Assembly (NCBI RefSeq): GCF_964213995.1
Contig: NC_135830.1
Location: 17,794,001 to 17,858,000, forward strand
DNA length: 64,000 bases
From: Mustelus asterias
Lineage: Eukaryota
Reading direction: 5' to 3'
Below are positions 11,454 through 23,800 of the stretch, in pieces. Both the position numbers and the translations under genes were made by a program. The notes below the pieces were generated by a model, which searched no databases, had not been told where the DNA came from, and saw only the letters and a list, made by a program, of their open reading frames with translations. Positions within the stretch are counted from its first letter, which is position 1. Each line of letters begins with the position of its first letter.

Positions 11454-12369
11454 TTATTAAAGACTTCTACAGCGTCACCTCCGTTAACAACAGTCATTCG
11501 AGGCAACATAGACGGGGAACAAACGCATCAGTGATTCGCTCTTCCCCGATTCCACAGTAAGTGAGACAGGGACAAACAGCAGCATTTAACCCCGCATTCT
11601 CCAATCATCCATCCGCTGCCAGCAGAAAAGCGGCGACTGCCGCTTCAATGAGTGGGTTACCGCCCATCCGTGGGACACAAGATTCAACCCCGTTCAAACC
11701 TCACAATACACCGAACACAAGCTCAGCAAAACGTTTATGGATTATATCCCGCGCACTGAACCTTCGAGTATCATTTAAACAGTATCTGAGTGAGTCACAA
11801 ACAATATTCAAACCAATTTTCTAAAACGTTTCAGTAGTAAATTCCTCCATTTGATTGAAAAGCTGAATGTTGTGAATCTGGAAATGAACACCATGGGGTT
11901 TATGTTACCCAGTGACTATTAGTCCGTCAGGTTTCGAATTCCATTTGAGTTGTATATTGAAGCGAGTCTCATTTCAAAATGAGGAGAAAACAAGGAAAAT
12001 ATTAACTCTTGGAACAATTTCTGAGAGAAATGGGTCACAATATTTGGATGCAGGTGCAGCTGTGAATGGTGTTATTGATGATTGAGTGGAAACTATTGGA
12101 TCCTTGGGCTTCTGGTGGTCAGTTCCCTTCCCTCCCGTTGAATTCCTCCCTGTGATAAGAGACATGGATTCATTTTACCTACACGTTCATAGGAAAAAGA
12201 GAATAACCAACACGCTACAGAAATGCTGCGGGATCAACGTAACCAAAGAGGCTTATATAGAATTCTATACACGGTGCGGTCATGCTGCAGTTCTGGAACA
12301 GGTTTTGCAGAAAGAGAATTGTGTTTATGGACACCCTAGTTTAGAATGTCGTTAGCCGTTACTGTCTCA

Positions 12370-12443
12370 GTCCCCGTGGCGCAATCGCTCAGCGCGTTCG
12401 GCTGTTAACCGGGAGGTTGGTGGTTCGAGACCACCCAGGGACG
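12370..12443 (+). tRNA. trnan-guu: tRNA-Asn (GTT), near-intact
   Basis: 74 nt matching vertebrate Asn-GTT, anticodon at 12404-12406. B box GGTTCGAGACC present and T-run downstream. D-loop GG is changed to GC. Confidence 0.85.
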
Positions 12444-12649
12444 GTGATTTTATTGTTTTCTCACCATCTGCATTTATCGGCAAACAGTTGTGTGTTGGCA
12501 ATGGGTCCGTGGTCGTCAATAATAATAGTTCTGAAGTGTTACCGGCTGTACTGTTACCTGTTGTCACCAACATTATTTAATGACTATTGACTTCAGATAT
12601 ATTACATATAATATTATATACATGCTTCCATTATACCATTAAACTTAAC

Positions 12650-13170
12650 AATTAGAATGAAAACATTAATTTGTGGTTGAGCATCTGCTCCAATTCCATA
12701 TCCCTGCTTCCATTCATTCCTGAATAGATCATAAATCTATCCAGCCCGAACTGAAATGTGTTCAATGATGGAGCATCTACAACCCTCTGGCACAGAGAAT
12801 TCCCCAAATTCACTACCCTTTGAGTGAAGAAATGTCTGCTCATCGCAGTCCGAAATCATCCGCGCCTTATCCTGAGATTGTACCCACGTGCTTTAGATTC
12901 CCGGACCAGGGAAAATAATGTCTCAGCATCCACCCTATCAAACTCAGAGAATGATAGAATCCCTGCAGTTTTTCAATGCTATCTATTCCTTCTCGTTAAA
13001 GCTGTTGAGATTTTCCAGCTTTTTCTGTTCTTGATTCAGGTTCCAGCATCCTCAGATTTTGCTTTTATTTTGTCTAAAATGGGGAGATCCAAACTGAACA
13101 CACTATTACAGATGTGGTCTCAACACAACCCTGAATAACTGTAGCAAGACTTCAAACACTTCAAATCTTG
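12650..13170 (-). mobile_element. Degenerate CR1 3' fragment with an inserted short repeat
   Basis: Translation RHFFTQRVVNLGNSL, typical of the CR1 ORF2 C-terminus. Confidence 0.65.
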
Positions 13171-13799
13171 ACTCCGTGCTCATGGCTGGAAGGAGAGCGT
13201 GACAGTCGATAATTGGCACTGTGTACGTTCCTGCAATCAGGAACTGGATCAGGAAGCTGAGATATCTGTGTCTCTTTATACTGTTATCTCTAAGCTCCAT
13301 CTCCTCTCAATGCCGTGTGTCATACATTCGCTTTCCTTGCTTTCCAGATAAAGATCCGGTTCACCAACTCTCTGTGTCTGTATCAAGCAGCCAACTGACC
13401 CTGGGAAATGGACAACCAGAGGGAGCTGGATGAGAGGCAGCGACAGAAACAGGAAGAGAAGCGACAGGATAATGTTTCATAAATGAGTTCTGCCAATTGC
13501 TCTCCGTGGTGAATGTCTGCCGTGTGTTACCTTGTAAGTTTCACAGAAGCCACAGTGATGAGTTTTGTGGGTTTTGGAAATTGAAAGTGCCACATGACCA
13601 GCTGCGGGACTATTTCACCTCACGGTCGATTTCATGTTGCAGCTAACAGGATTCGCTGTTTTCATTAGCTGAACAGTCCCTTGGGTTCGATCTAAACATG
13701 ACAATTTAAAGGAGAAACTTGTTTTTGGTGAATAAAGAGTCTGAAATAAAAATAAAAGGCTCATGGATAAATCAATCTTTTAAAGAATTTGGGTCAGCT

Positions 13800-13871
13800 T
13801 CCCTGGCGGTCTAGTGGTTAGGATTCGGCGCTCTCACCGCCGCGGCCCGGGTTTGATTCCCGGTCAGGGAA
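13800..13871 (+). tRNA. trnae-cuc: tRNA-Glu (CTC), near-intact
   Basis: tccctggcggtctagtggttaggattcggcgCTCTCaccgccgcggcccgggtttgattcccggtcagggaa. T-loop TTCGA is changed to TTTGA, so activity may be reduced. Confidence 0.8.
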
Positions 13872-14477
13872 AGTAGGTTTATTGCTGCGTAAAAATCCTG
13901 CGTTACTTCCAGGTTTGTACCAGTTCTGCGGGAATCAGTAGTAGGTAGATTTCCTCTTTTGTGTCTGAATTGGAAATGTCACATGTCAAGAACAAAAAAA
14001 GGAGAGAAATAGGACACAAAGCGCTGACGATATAGATGGAGATGCGGGCTGAAATCTGGCTGTTGATGGAGTAGATTTTTATTGTTTCCACTGACACAAA
14101 TACCTCGCAGGTCTGGGTCCAAATCTCGGACGCAGTGACAAGAAGACGTTTAATTGTAACTCTCCGATCTCCAGTGAGGTCGAGGCAGTTTTCACTCAGA
14201 AAGCAGTAGCTGTGAGATTAACAGCGCGGGATGGAGAAAGACTCAATTTGAGCGGTGACGCTGCGGGAGGAATGGAGAGCTGGAGTTCACCCAGAAAAGC
14301 AGCAAAGTTGCTTCTTCTGTACAAACCTCCTTCTGTACAAACAGTGGCCCCCAACTTGGGGCTGGAACCCACCGTCTATTAACGCTGATAAGTTCATGTT
14401 GATCAGCAGAATTACCACAAACTGGTTTATCACAGGTTGGTACTAACACTGCAGTAAAATAAAATGCAGTAGAATAG

Positions 14478-14785
14478 GACGGCATGGTTTCACAGTGGTT
14501 CGCAATGATGCCTCACAGCGCCAGTGGCTCAGGTTAAATTTCTTGGGTCACTCTGTGCGGAGTTTGCACGTTCTCCCCGTGTCTGCGTGGGATTCCTCTG
14601 TCTGCTCCGGATTCCTTTCCAAACATGTGTGAGTTCGGTTGCTTGGCCATGCTAAATTGACCCGCCTGTCAGCGGGATTATCAGGGTAAACATGTGGGTT
14701 TCCGGGAATAGGGCGTGGGTGGGATCGTTGTCGGTGCGCACTCGATGGGCCGATCGACCTCCTTCTGTACAATAGGAATTCTCCG
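14478..14785 (+). mobile_element. HE1-type SINE, diverged
   Basis: tRNA-like head and the conserved core 'gggtcactctgtgcggagtttgcacgttctccccgtgtctgcgtggg'. Confidence 0.8.
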
Positions 14786-14990
14786 AGAATATATCATTAT
14801 TCATTTTGACTGGAGGAACCAAAAGAGGCAATGCAAATACAAATTGTTGTGGGTAATTGACGGGTTTGTGGAATTGGACGGATTTCTCTCTGTACTGTTG
14901 AAACTGGCACCAATATCACTCCTGTTTTCGACCAGGAAGTAATTCCAATTCCACTTAAATCATGTGCTGCAAGAGAACAATAAATCTTGA

Positions 14991-15057
14991 TTTCCTGACC
15001 AGGAATCGAACCGCTGCGGTGAAAGCGCCACATCCTCACCACGAGATCACCAAGGAA
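14991..15057 (-). pseudogene. tRNA-Glu (TTC) pseudogene with internal deletion
   Basis: Minus strand tccttggtgatctcgtggtgaggatgtggcgctTTCaccgcagcggttcgattcctggtcaggaaa; paralogous to 63900-63961. Confidence 0.7.
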
Positions 15058-15799
15058 ACTGCCTGCAAGTATTTTAATCTATCCTATCCATGCTAACTTG
15101 GCGCTTTGTTTCGAGTTCAGCATTTTTCTGTATACCAGGGACAAGTCTGTCTGACAAGTGCCTCCTGAAAAACCAAATTTACTGTGGATGCTGGAATCTA
15201 AAACAAGAATAGAAAATGCTGGAAAACCTCAACAGGTCTGAAAGCACCTGTGAAGGGAGAATAGAGCTAACGTTCAAAATCTGGATGACCCATCGTCAGA
15301 GCTGAAGACAAAGAAATTTGGACGAGATTTATACTGTAATGGTGGGGGATATGGGTGTGGGGTGGGTGACAAAGGTGTTCCATGTAAATAAAGAAAAAGG
15401 GAATTTTAATGGTGGTGATCATGGCTGAGAAGGGAGCTGCTGACTGCCCATTAAGAGATCAGAATGTGGAAATGGCAGAACAAAGGAAATGTAAGAGACG
15501 GCCCGAGTGGGGTGGAGGGAGAGGGGGAACAAGATGGAAAGTGAGATTTTCAATAAACAATGCAATACATGGAAATTTTAAAAATAAATATATATATAAA
15601 AGAATATATAAAGTAATAAAAATAAATAAATAAGATAAAACGAAATAAAACAAAATAAATGGAAATTGGGTGAGGATGGAGGAAAGGAGATGCTCTGAAG
15701 TTTTTGAATTCAGTGTTAATTCTGGAACGCAGTAAGTGCCGAATCGGGAGATCGGGCGATGTTCCTCCAGTTTGCATTGGAATTCCTCCTGATATCATT

Positions 15800-16050
15800 G
15801 TTTATTGCCCCTTCCGTCACGTTACAGATGATCAGGAGTAGACTGATGGTAATTTGCGGCGTTGGATTTGACCTGATATTTGTAAACCGGGCAATCTTGG
15901 GCAAATTGCAGCATTGGCGGTTAGATGGCAGTGTTGTAGCGTAGAAACAGCTTAGCTCGGATGGCGGTAAGATCTGAATCTGAATTCTTCAGCACCATTG
16001 CCAGAATATATTTTTACGGCCATAGCATTTGCTGTTTTCAATGCTTTCAA
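15800..16050 (-). mobile_element. Old non-LTR reverse transcriptase fragment (RTE-X/CR1-like), shared by both duplication arms
   Basis: The partner copy 62902-63170 translates KNILAMVLKNCASEFAAASAKLF...SLLLIISKVPEGAINNGIERH, a degenerate LINE RT N-terminal block. Confidence 0.6.
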
Positions 16051-16628
16051 CTTTATTTTTCTTTAATTTAAATCAAATTGAATTGGCATTTTTTCCGTTT
16101 AGTGTCTTCCCGACTCCGTCTCTATCTTTCTCTTTGTAGATCTGCGTCGGTTATTCCCTCGCTCAGTCTCTCCATCCAATTCCCCTCTGTTGTTCTTTTT
16201 TATTCATTCTATTCTCTCCCTGTCTGGGTGGAACCAAGCTTCATTGAATTGATTCCTGAGATGAGGTGGTTGTTGAGCTGGGGACCCATCTTGATGGGTT
16301 CACTGCCAATACCAGCTCTGGTAGCAATCACTTCTGATGGTGTCACTGATGAGAATTCTGGGACACTAAATTGAGGATAGCGCTATTTGTGGAGGAGTGG
16401 GTTCAAATTCCCCCACCGTCAGATGTTCACTTAATTTGCTTTAAACGTTAAGAATAACGTTGGTCAAACATGTGATCACCAAAATGTTTCGCAGTGGAAT
16501 GTATCATCATTCATTTTGATGAGAGGAACCAGAAGAGGCAATGTAAAATGAGAAACTAACGGGATTGTGGAAGCAGTTTTGTTGCTTCTCCAGTAAACCC
16601 GATCTTCTTCAGCTGTACGGACTGCTGT

Positions 16629-16701
16629 GTTTCTGTAGTGTAGTGGTTATCACGTTCATTTCACACGCGAAACGTTCCTGGTTCAAGACCGCGTTAGATT
16701 A
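16629..16701 (+). pseudogene. tRNA-Val (CAC) pseudogene
   Basis: gtttctgtagtgtagtggttatcacgttcatttCACacgcgaaacgttcctggttcaagaccg; anticodon stem and 3' acceptor strand are disrupted. Confidence 0.7.
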
Positions 16702-17384
16702 ACTGACACAAGGAATGATAGACAAGTGCAACATTGAGCTGGTGATGGTGGGGTCCGGGTGATCTATTGCTGCCGAATCAGTGTTTTCACCGCCAGGGCC
16801 CGGGGTTTACAACAATCGATAACTAAGGAGAACATTTTGAATTTGCTCCGTTTGTGAGGATAATTGGACCTGAACACAAGGAAAGAGGTGCATTTTACTG
16901 GCATCATAAAGTGATATCATGATTGAGTGAATGTGTCGCAGGCGAAAGTGGCCTGAAATGAAACAATGACTAAAGCGATGATGATCAACTGATTGCAAAT
17001 CTCTGAAATCAGCTTCACTGGACGTTTCGTGGTCAAAATTCAGTACGGTGGTTCGGGTTTGATTATTTTAAATTGTCAGAAAGTGTAAATCTAAACACTG
17101 ACGAAATCTCAGTAAATTCCAGGGCAATCAAATTGCAGACGCTGCAGCGAATGCCTCTCCTGGCGTCATTGCATCAACCCCAGAGGATGATTGCTCAGGA
17201 ATACAATGCGCTGAGAGGCAGGGAAGCCACTGTAGACAGCGGAGTCCAGCTTCATGTGTCGTGTCATTCACTCACTCATCTGTCCCAATTTAAAGAGTTC
17301 GGAAGCGAGAGGCCAGAGTGCGATCCGTTACACCATGGAATCGACAGCTCTGTGACCGAAGACACTGGACTTCTCTCCCAAAAA

Positions 17385-17793
17385 GGGAGCTGGGGCTGTT
17401 CTCTCTGGAGCGGAGGAGGTTGAGGGGAGACTTAATAGAGGTTTATAAAATGATGAAGGGGATAGATAGAGTGAACGTTCAAAGACTATTTCCTCGGGTG
17501 GATGGAGCTATTACAAGGGGGCATAACTATAGGGTTCATGGTGGGAGATACAGGAAGGATATCAGAGGTAGGTTCTTTACGCAGAGAGTGGGTGGGGTGT
17601 GGAATGGACTGCCTGCAGTGATAGTGGAGTCAGACACTTTAGGAACATTTAAGCGGTTATTGGATAGGCACATGGAGCACACCAGGATGATAGGGAGTGG
17701 GATAGCTTGATCTTGGTTTCAGATAAAGCTCGGCACAACATCGTGGGCCGAAGGGCCTGTTCTGGGCTGTACTGTTCTATGTTCTATGTTCTA
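17385..17793 (+). mobile_element. CR1 LINE 3' fragment, recent insertion
   Basis: Translation LGLFSLERRRLRGDLIEVYKMMKG...FFTQRV plus ttctatg tail; absent from the paralogous module at about 19245-19260. Confidence 0.9.
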
Positions 17794-18374
17794 AATCACA
17801 CACACGTACCAACACTCGCTCTCTCACGCTCACGCGCACGCACACACACACGCACTTGCTCAATAATTGCTGCACTTAGTCGGACCATATCAGACGTAAT
17901 TTCAGAATCCTTGATTGCAGCCCCACGTTAGACTCCATCGTGTTTAACCTTTGCTGCTTTCCTGGATGAACCCCAGCTCTCCATCCCTCGGGCAGCGTCA
18001 CCATTCAAACTGAATCTTTTCCCATCCCGCTTTGTTGATCTCAGTGTCTGAATGAAAACTAATGTTCGTTCGGTGAGAAGTTTTCTTCTTACCCTGGGAA
18101 TTTTTATCCAGAAATGCGTGATATTTTTGTCAGTGTAAACGGTTAAATCTGGCCCATTAGCACCCAGACGTTACCTTGTTTCACGATCTCTATCGGCAGA
18201 ACCTTACACCCTATCACTGTCCTTCACTCTCCGTGTTTGTTCTTGACCAGTTGCACATGTGACATTTCCAGCTCGCAAGCAAAACTACAAATCTCACTCC
18301 ACTGATTCTGACAGAGCTGTTTTCGATCAGGAAGTACTTCAAGTTTTAAAAAAAATCAAAAACATTAAATCTGA

Positions 18375-18437
18375 GTACATGGAAGCCAGTCTGCGACCCT
18401 GAAAGCGCCGACCACTCACGACTAGATGACCAGGATC
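18375..18437 (-). pseudogene. tRNA-Glu (TTC)-like relic
   Basis: Minus strand tcctggtcatctagtcgtgagtggtcggcgctTTCagggtcgcag; paralogous relics at about 27490-27542 and 61308-61365. Confidence 0.5.
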
Positions 18438-18849
18438 CCACCTGCCCGATTCTCCCAGATACTGATTACAGCAATGTGCGCAGTGCCAATTATCCACAGA
18501 CACACTCTCCTTCCTGTCTGTTAAGGTTAGCAATTGTTCACATTTTCACACTGGCTTCCAATGCGACGAAAATAGAGGGTGAACAGCTGATGCTGTTCAG
18601 TAGATTTACCACAATAAAGTTTATAACAGGTCGATGCTAACATTGCTCTTTGAATGTGGTGAGCTGCAGTGAAATTCAATGCAGTTGAAGATAGCGTACT
18701 CATTATTTTAGGAGGAAACAGCAAGGGCATTGCCAAAATGAATTGCTGCCGGTAATTGACGGGATTGTGGAATGGGAATGATTTTTCTCACTGCTGTTCA
18801 AACTGGCACAGGTATTGCATGATTATTTGCAGGCGGCTACTGCGTGTTG

Positions 18850-18921
18850 GGTTCCGTGGTGTAATGGTGAGCACTCTGGACTTTGAATCCAGCAATCCGA
18901 GTTCAAATCTCGGCGGAACCT
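18850..18921 (+). tRNA. trnaq-uug: tRNA-Gln (TTG), apparently intact
   Basis: ggttccgtggtgtaatggtgagcactctggactTTGaatccagcaatccgagttcaaatctcggcggaacct; stems pair and A/B boxes are intact. Confidence 0.9.
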
Positions 18922-19611
18922 TGCTTTAATTAGTCAACACTGATGGTTGATTTGCCGAAGGGAGTTTTGTTCAATATTTTCACAAAGTCCGAATCGAGAG
19001 GACAATTTGTCAGCCAGTTCAACTGCTATTACAATGCGTATTGCTGAGCCTCTGGCGCCAGATGCCTGCCGCATCAATGTCTTTTCATATTTTTTCTTCT
19101 CTTCAAATCCTCTGTTGAATGAAAGGAGCAGCTGGTGCCGGAGCAACAGCCATTCGAATGGAGTCCAGCAATTATTGAGCAAGTGTGTGTGTGTGTGTAT
19201 GTGTGCGCGCGCGCGTGAGAGAGAGCGAGTGTAGGTGCGTGTGTGTTTTGGGAGAAAAGTCTAGTGTCTTCGGTCACAGTGCTGTCGATTCCATGGTGTA
19301 ACGGATCGCACTCTGGCCTCTCGCTTCCAAACTCTTTAAATTGGGACAGATGAGTGAGTGAATGACACGACACATGAAGATGGGCCCCACTGTCTACAGT
19401 GGCTTCCCTGCCTCTCAGCGCATTGTATTCCTGAGCAATCATCCTCTGGGGCTGATGCAATGACACCAGGAGAGTGATTCGCTGCAGCGTCTGCAATTTG
19501 ATTGCCGTGGAATTTGCTGAGATTTCGTCAATGTTTAGATTTCCACTTTCTGACTATTTAAAATAAAATGCCCTCCTGCAAACCCATCATCGGCTTTAGC
19601 AAAAAAAAGCA

Positions 19612-19683
19612 AGGCTCCGCCACGATGCAAACTCGGGCTGTTGGATTCAGATTCCAGAGCGCTCACTGGTACACCACATATCC
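19612..19683 (-). pseudogene. tRNA-Gln (CTG)-like pseudogene
   Basis: Minus strand gtggtgtaccagtgagcgctctggaatCTGaatccaacagcccgagtttgcatcgtggcggagcct. Confidence 0.6.
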
Positions 19684-19923
19684 CAGAACGCGCCCACCGC
19701 TGGCAAATGGTCACTCGAAGAATTTGATCTCTTTCATTCGGTGTGACAGCAACAGCAAGTGTGACAACAACGTATCGTTATGCGCCACCGTTGAAAGCAG
19801 AAAAGCTCAGAAGACAGAGTGCCCCAAATCTACAGCAAATCAATTCACCGCAAGAGCTTTCGGGAGATATCTCCAGAAATAGTCAGGTTTCGCAGGTCAT
19901 TTGCAGTTCCTTGACGTGTTCTG

Positions 19924-19995
19924 TGTTCCGTGGTGTAATGGTGAGCTCTCTGTCCTTTGAATCCAGCGATCTGAGTGCAAATCTCGGCGGAACCT
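19924..19995 (+). pseudogene. tRNA-Gln (TTG) pseudogene
   Basis: Gln sequence with anticodon-stem and B-box (gtgcaaat) substitutions. Confidence 0.75.
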
Positions 19996-20299
19996 TCCTT
20001 TCCTTCGCCAATGCTGGTAATTGATTTTCTCAAGAACATTTCGTTTACATTTTTCACCAAGTACGAATCGAGAGGACAATTTGTCAATGCACTTTGCTGA
20101 GACTCTGGCGCCAGATGCTTGCAGCATCAGTGTTTTTCTTTTTTCATCCTTCGCCACTCTTTGACGCTCTGTCGAATCAAAGGAGCAGTTGGTGTCAAAC
20201 AACAACAACCCTTCGACAGGAGCCTGGCAATAATTGAGCAAGAGTGTGTATGTGTGAGATCGGGGTGAAAGACCTCCTGCTTTCAGCTGGCGCCCTGTT

Positions 20300-20371
20300 G
20301 GTTCCATGGTTTAACGGTGAGCACTCTGGACTTTGAATCCAACAATCCGAGTTCGAATCTCAGTGGAACCA
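20300..20371 (+). tRNA. trnaq-uug: tRNA-Gln (TTG), a few mismatches; possibly a pseudogene
   Basis: ggttccatggtttaacggtgagcactctggactTTGaatccaacaatccgagttcgaatctcagtggaacca. Confidence 0.75.
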
Positions 20372-20444
20372 CTGTTCTCAACACCCCAACTCTTGCTGAA
20401 CTGCGGACAGGTAACTCAGTGAATGATATCGGACAACTGTGCGT

Positions 20445-20745
20445 TTTGTGGTGAGCACTGCTGCCTCGCAGTACCAGGGCCCGGCATTCAGTTCTGGCTT
20501 CGGGTGACTGAGTGCAGTTTGCACATTCTCCCCGTGTCTGCGTGTGTGGAAGAAAACCGAGCACCCGGCGCACAATCCGAAGATGTGCGTGTTAGGTTGA
20601 TTGGTCATGTTACGTTGCCCTTAGAATCAGGGGACTAACAGGGTAAATATGTGGGATTACGGGGATGGAGCCTGGGTGGAATTACTGCTGGTGCAGGATA
20701 GATGGGCCGAATGGCTTCCTTCTGCACGATAAAGGTTCTATCATT
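20445..20745 (+). mobile_element. HE1-type SINE, diverged
   Basis: Head 'gtggtgagcactgctgcctcgcag', core 'tttgcacattctccccgtgtctgcgtg', tail 'gatgggccgaatggcttccttctgcac'. Confidence 0.8.
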
Positions 20746-20809
20746 CTGCCTCCGAGCTCTTTACATTCTTGAGCAATCGTCCTCTGGGGCTGAAGTCGTT
20801 TCGCGAGGA

Positions 20810-23800
20810 CAGTGGCTCCCAAACCTTTTTCACGGGGCCGCACTTTCGGAATAAAAATTTGCTTGTGCCACACCAAAATTTTTATTGATAAGAAATACAT
20901 TCAAAAACAAAAAAAAACAACTCCTCGCAGTGCTTCATTCATAACATAGAACACAACTACTTTCTAATATGATCATGGAACATCCAGAAAGTATAAAACA
21001 ATGCAGCGACATAAAAACATGATTCATTCCCAAAATATACTTATAGACGAGCCCCTTGCATATGTAACCTTAAGTAAGTATGCAAACTCCATGAGAGGTG
21101 TGGGCTTGTTTTTGTCGGGTAATCTCATTTATATTTGGTCTAATTTGAGACAAACAAACTCTCATCTCCTCATCAACACAAAGAAGCCTTTCTCTTTTCT
21201 GGTCTTTGATATTTGTCAGAGCTAAAAATCTCTGTTCACAACAATATGTCGTGGAGAACTGTAGAAGAATAGCTAATGCTCTTGAAGAGATGTGTGGATA
21301 CTGTTTCTGGTTGTATATCCAAAAAGAGTCCAGTGGCATGCTCCCGTGTTTCATTTTCAAGGTGCGATCACTCGAAATGCAGGCCATTTCCTCCTCCTCA
21401 TCCAATGTCAGACCTGAACAGCTGGAATTCGCAAAGCGGTCTCTAACACAGTCGAATTTTTTCTGTCGACAACGATGGGAAGTAATGATCAATCTTTTCT
21501 ACCAGTGTTGCAAGATGTTCCTGTCTGAGGCCGTACGATTCATTGCTTGTTTGAAAACTTTTTACCAGTGGGAACATTTCGAGATTATGTTGCATTGCTC
21601 TTCCGAGCCAGAGCTGAAGCTTTTTTTTCAGTGCAGCTGGTTTGTCTGTAGTTGTGAGGATATTGTCATCGCAGCCTTGCATACTGGCACTGAGCACATT
21701 CAACCGGGAAGAGATATCGGCCAAATATGCCAGCTTTGCACACCAGTCATTGTCATCCAGTTGGTGGTACAATGGGTTCCCTTCTTGTTCCAAAAATTCT
21801 ATGTCTTTACAGAGTTGAGCAAATAACTGCCCCTTTAGTGGTTTTGCCTTGATGAAGTTCACAATGCGCACAGTCTGATCTAGAACCAACTTCAAATCAG
21901 CTACAAGCGTCTTGGTGATTAATGCCTCTCTGTGTAAAAAACAGTGAGTTGATATTACATCTGGATTTTTCTGTTTGATGAATGCCACCAAGCCTCTCAC
22001 ATTCCCTATCACAAATGGCGCTCCATCCGTACAAATTCCAATACAAGAATCCCATGAAATCTCAACTTTTTCCAAATACACAAGCAAGGTTTGGAAAATA
22101 TCTTGCCTCTGATATGTTTTTCAAGTTCCTTGCAAATTAGGAACTGTGTGATTATTTCGTCATTGTGAATGAATCTGATATAGGCAAGCAACTGTGCTTT
22201 TCCACAAATGTCGGTCGATTCATCAACTTGAATGGCAAATTTAGAATTCTTCATACTTTCGGAAACACGCTTCTCATTATTAGCTGACATATCAACAATT
22301 CCTGTGTGAATTGTATTATCAGACAAAGGAATTTCCATAACTTCTCGCTCAGCATCATCATCAACCCAAGTTTTCACAATCAAGCTGCAGGCAGGCTGAA
22401 TCACTTTTTCAGCTCCAGTATGTGGTTTTGTCTGTTGAGCAATCAATTCAGCCACTTGGTAAGATACAATCTGCATCTTATCTGAGACTGTCATTCGTTT
22501 TTCGAAATATGATAAAGAACAAAGAACAGTACAGCACAGGAAACAGGCCCTTCGGCCCTCCAAGCCTGTGCCGCTCCTTGGTCCAACTAGACCAATCGTT
22601 TGTATCCCTCCATTCCCAGGCTGCTCATGTGACCATCCAGGTAAGTCTTAAACGATGTCAGCGTGCCTGCCTCCACCACTTTACTTGGCAGCGCATTCCA
22701 GGCCCCCACCACCCTCTGTGTAAAAAACGTCCCTCTGATGTCTGAGTTATACTTCGCCCCTCTCAGCTTGAGCCCGTGACCCCTCATGATCGTCACCTCC
22801 GACCTGGGAAAAAGCTTCCCACTGTTCACGCTATCTATACCCTTCATAATCTTGTATAACTCTATTAGATCTCCCCTCATTCTCCGTCTTTCCAAGGAGA
22901 ACAACCACAGTCTACCCAATCTCTCCTCATAGCAAAGACCCTCCATACCAGGTAACATCCTGGTAAACCTTCTCTGCACTCTCTCCAATGCCTCCACGTC
23001 CTTCTGGTAGTGCGGCGACCAGAACTGGACGCAGTACTCCAAATGTGGCCTAACCAGCGTTCTATACAGCTGCATCATCAGACTCCAGCTTTTATACTCT
23101 ATACCCCATCCTATAAAGGCAAGCATACCATATGCCTTCTTCACCACCTTCTCCGCCTGTGTTGCCACCTTCAAGGATTTGTGGACTTGCACACCTAGGT
23201 CTCTCTGTGTTTCTATACTCCTGATGACTCTGCCATTTATTATATAACTCCTCCCTACATTATTTCTTCCAAAATGCATCACTTCGCATTTATCCGGATT
23301 AAACTCCATCTGCCACCTCTCCGCCCAATTTTCCAGCCTATCTATATCCTGCTGTATTGCCCGACAATGCTCTTCGCTATCCGCAATTCCAGCCATCTTC
23401 ATGTCATCCGCAAACTTGCTGATTACACCAGTTACACCTTCTTCCAAATCATTTATATATATCACAAATAGCAGAGGTCCCAGTACAGAGCCCTGCGGAA
23501 CACCACTGGTCACAGACCTCCAGCCGGAAAAAGACCCTTCGACCACTACCCTCTGTCTCCTATGGCCAAGCCAGTTCTCCACCCATCTAGCCACTTCCCC
23601 TTGTATCCCATGAGCCTTAACCTTCTTAACCAACCTGCCATGTGGGACTTTGTCAAATGCCTTACTGAAATCCATATAGACGACATCCACGGCCCTTCCT
23701 TCATCAACCGTTTTTGTCACTTCCTCAAAAAACTCCACCAAATTTGTAAGGCACGATCTCCCTCTTACAAAACCATGCTCTCTGTCACTAATGAGATTGT

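Larger units (their letters stand above)
14950..20250. repeat. Left arm of a large inverted segmental duplication (partner about 58400-64000)
   Basis: Ordered reverse-complement similarity: 14950-16550 vs 62380-64000, 17950-18740 vs 60975-61830, 18740-19700 vs 59030-59950, 19900-20250 vs 58550-58900. Confidence 0.85.
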
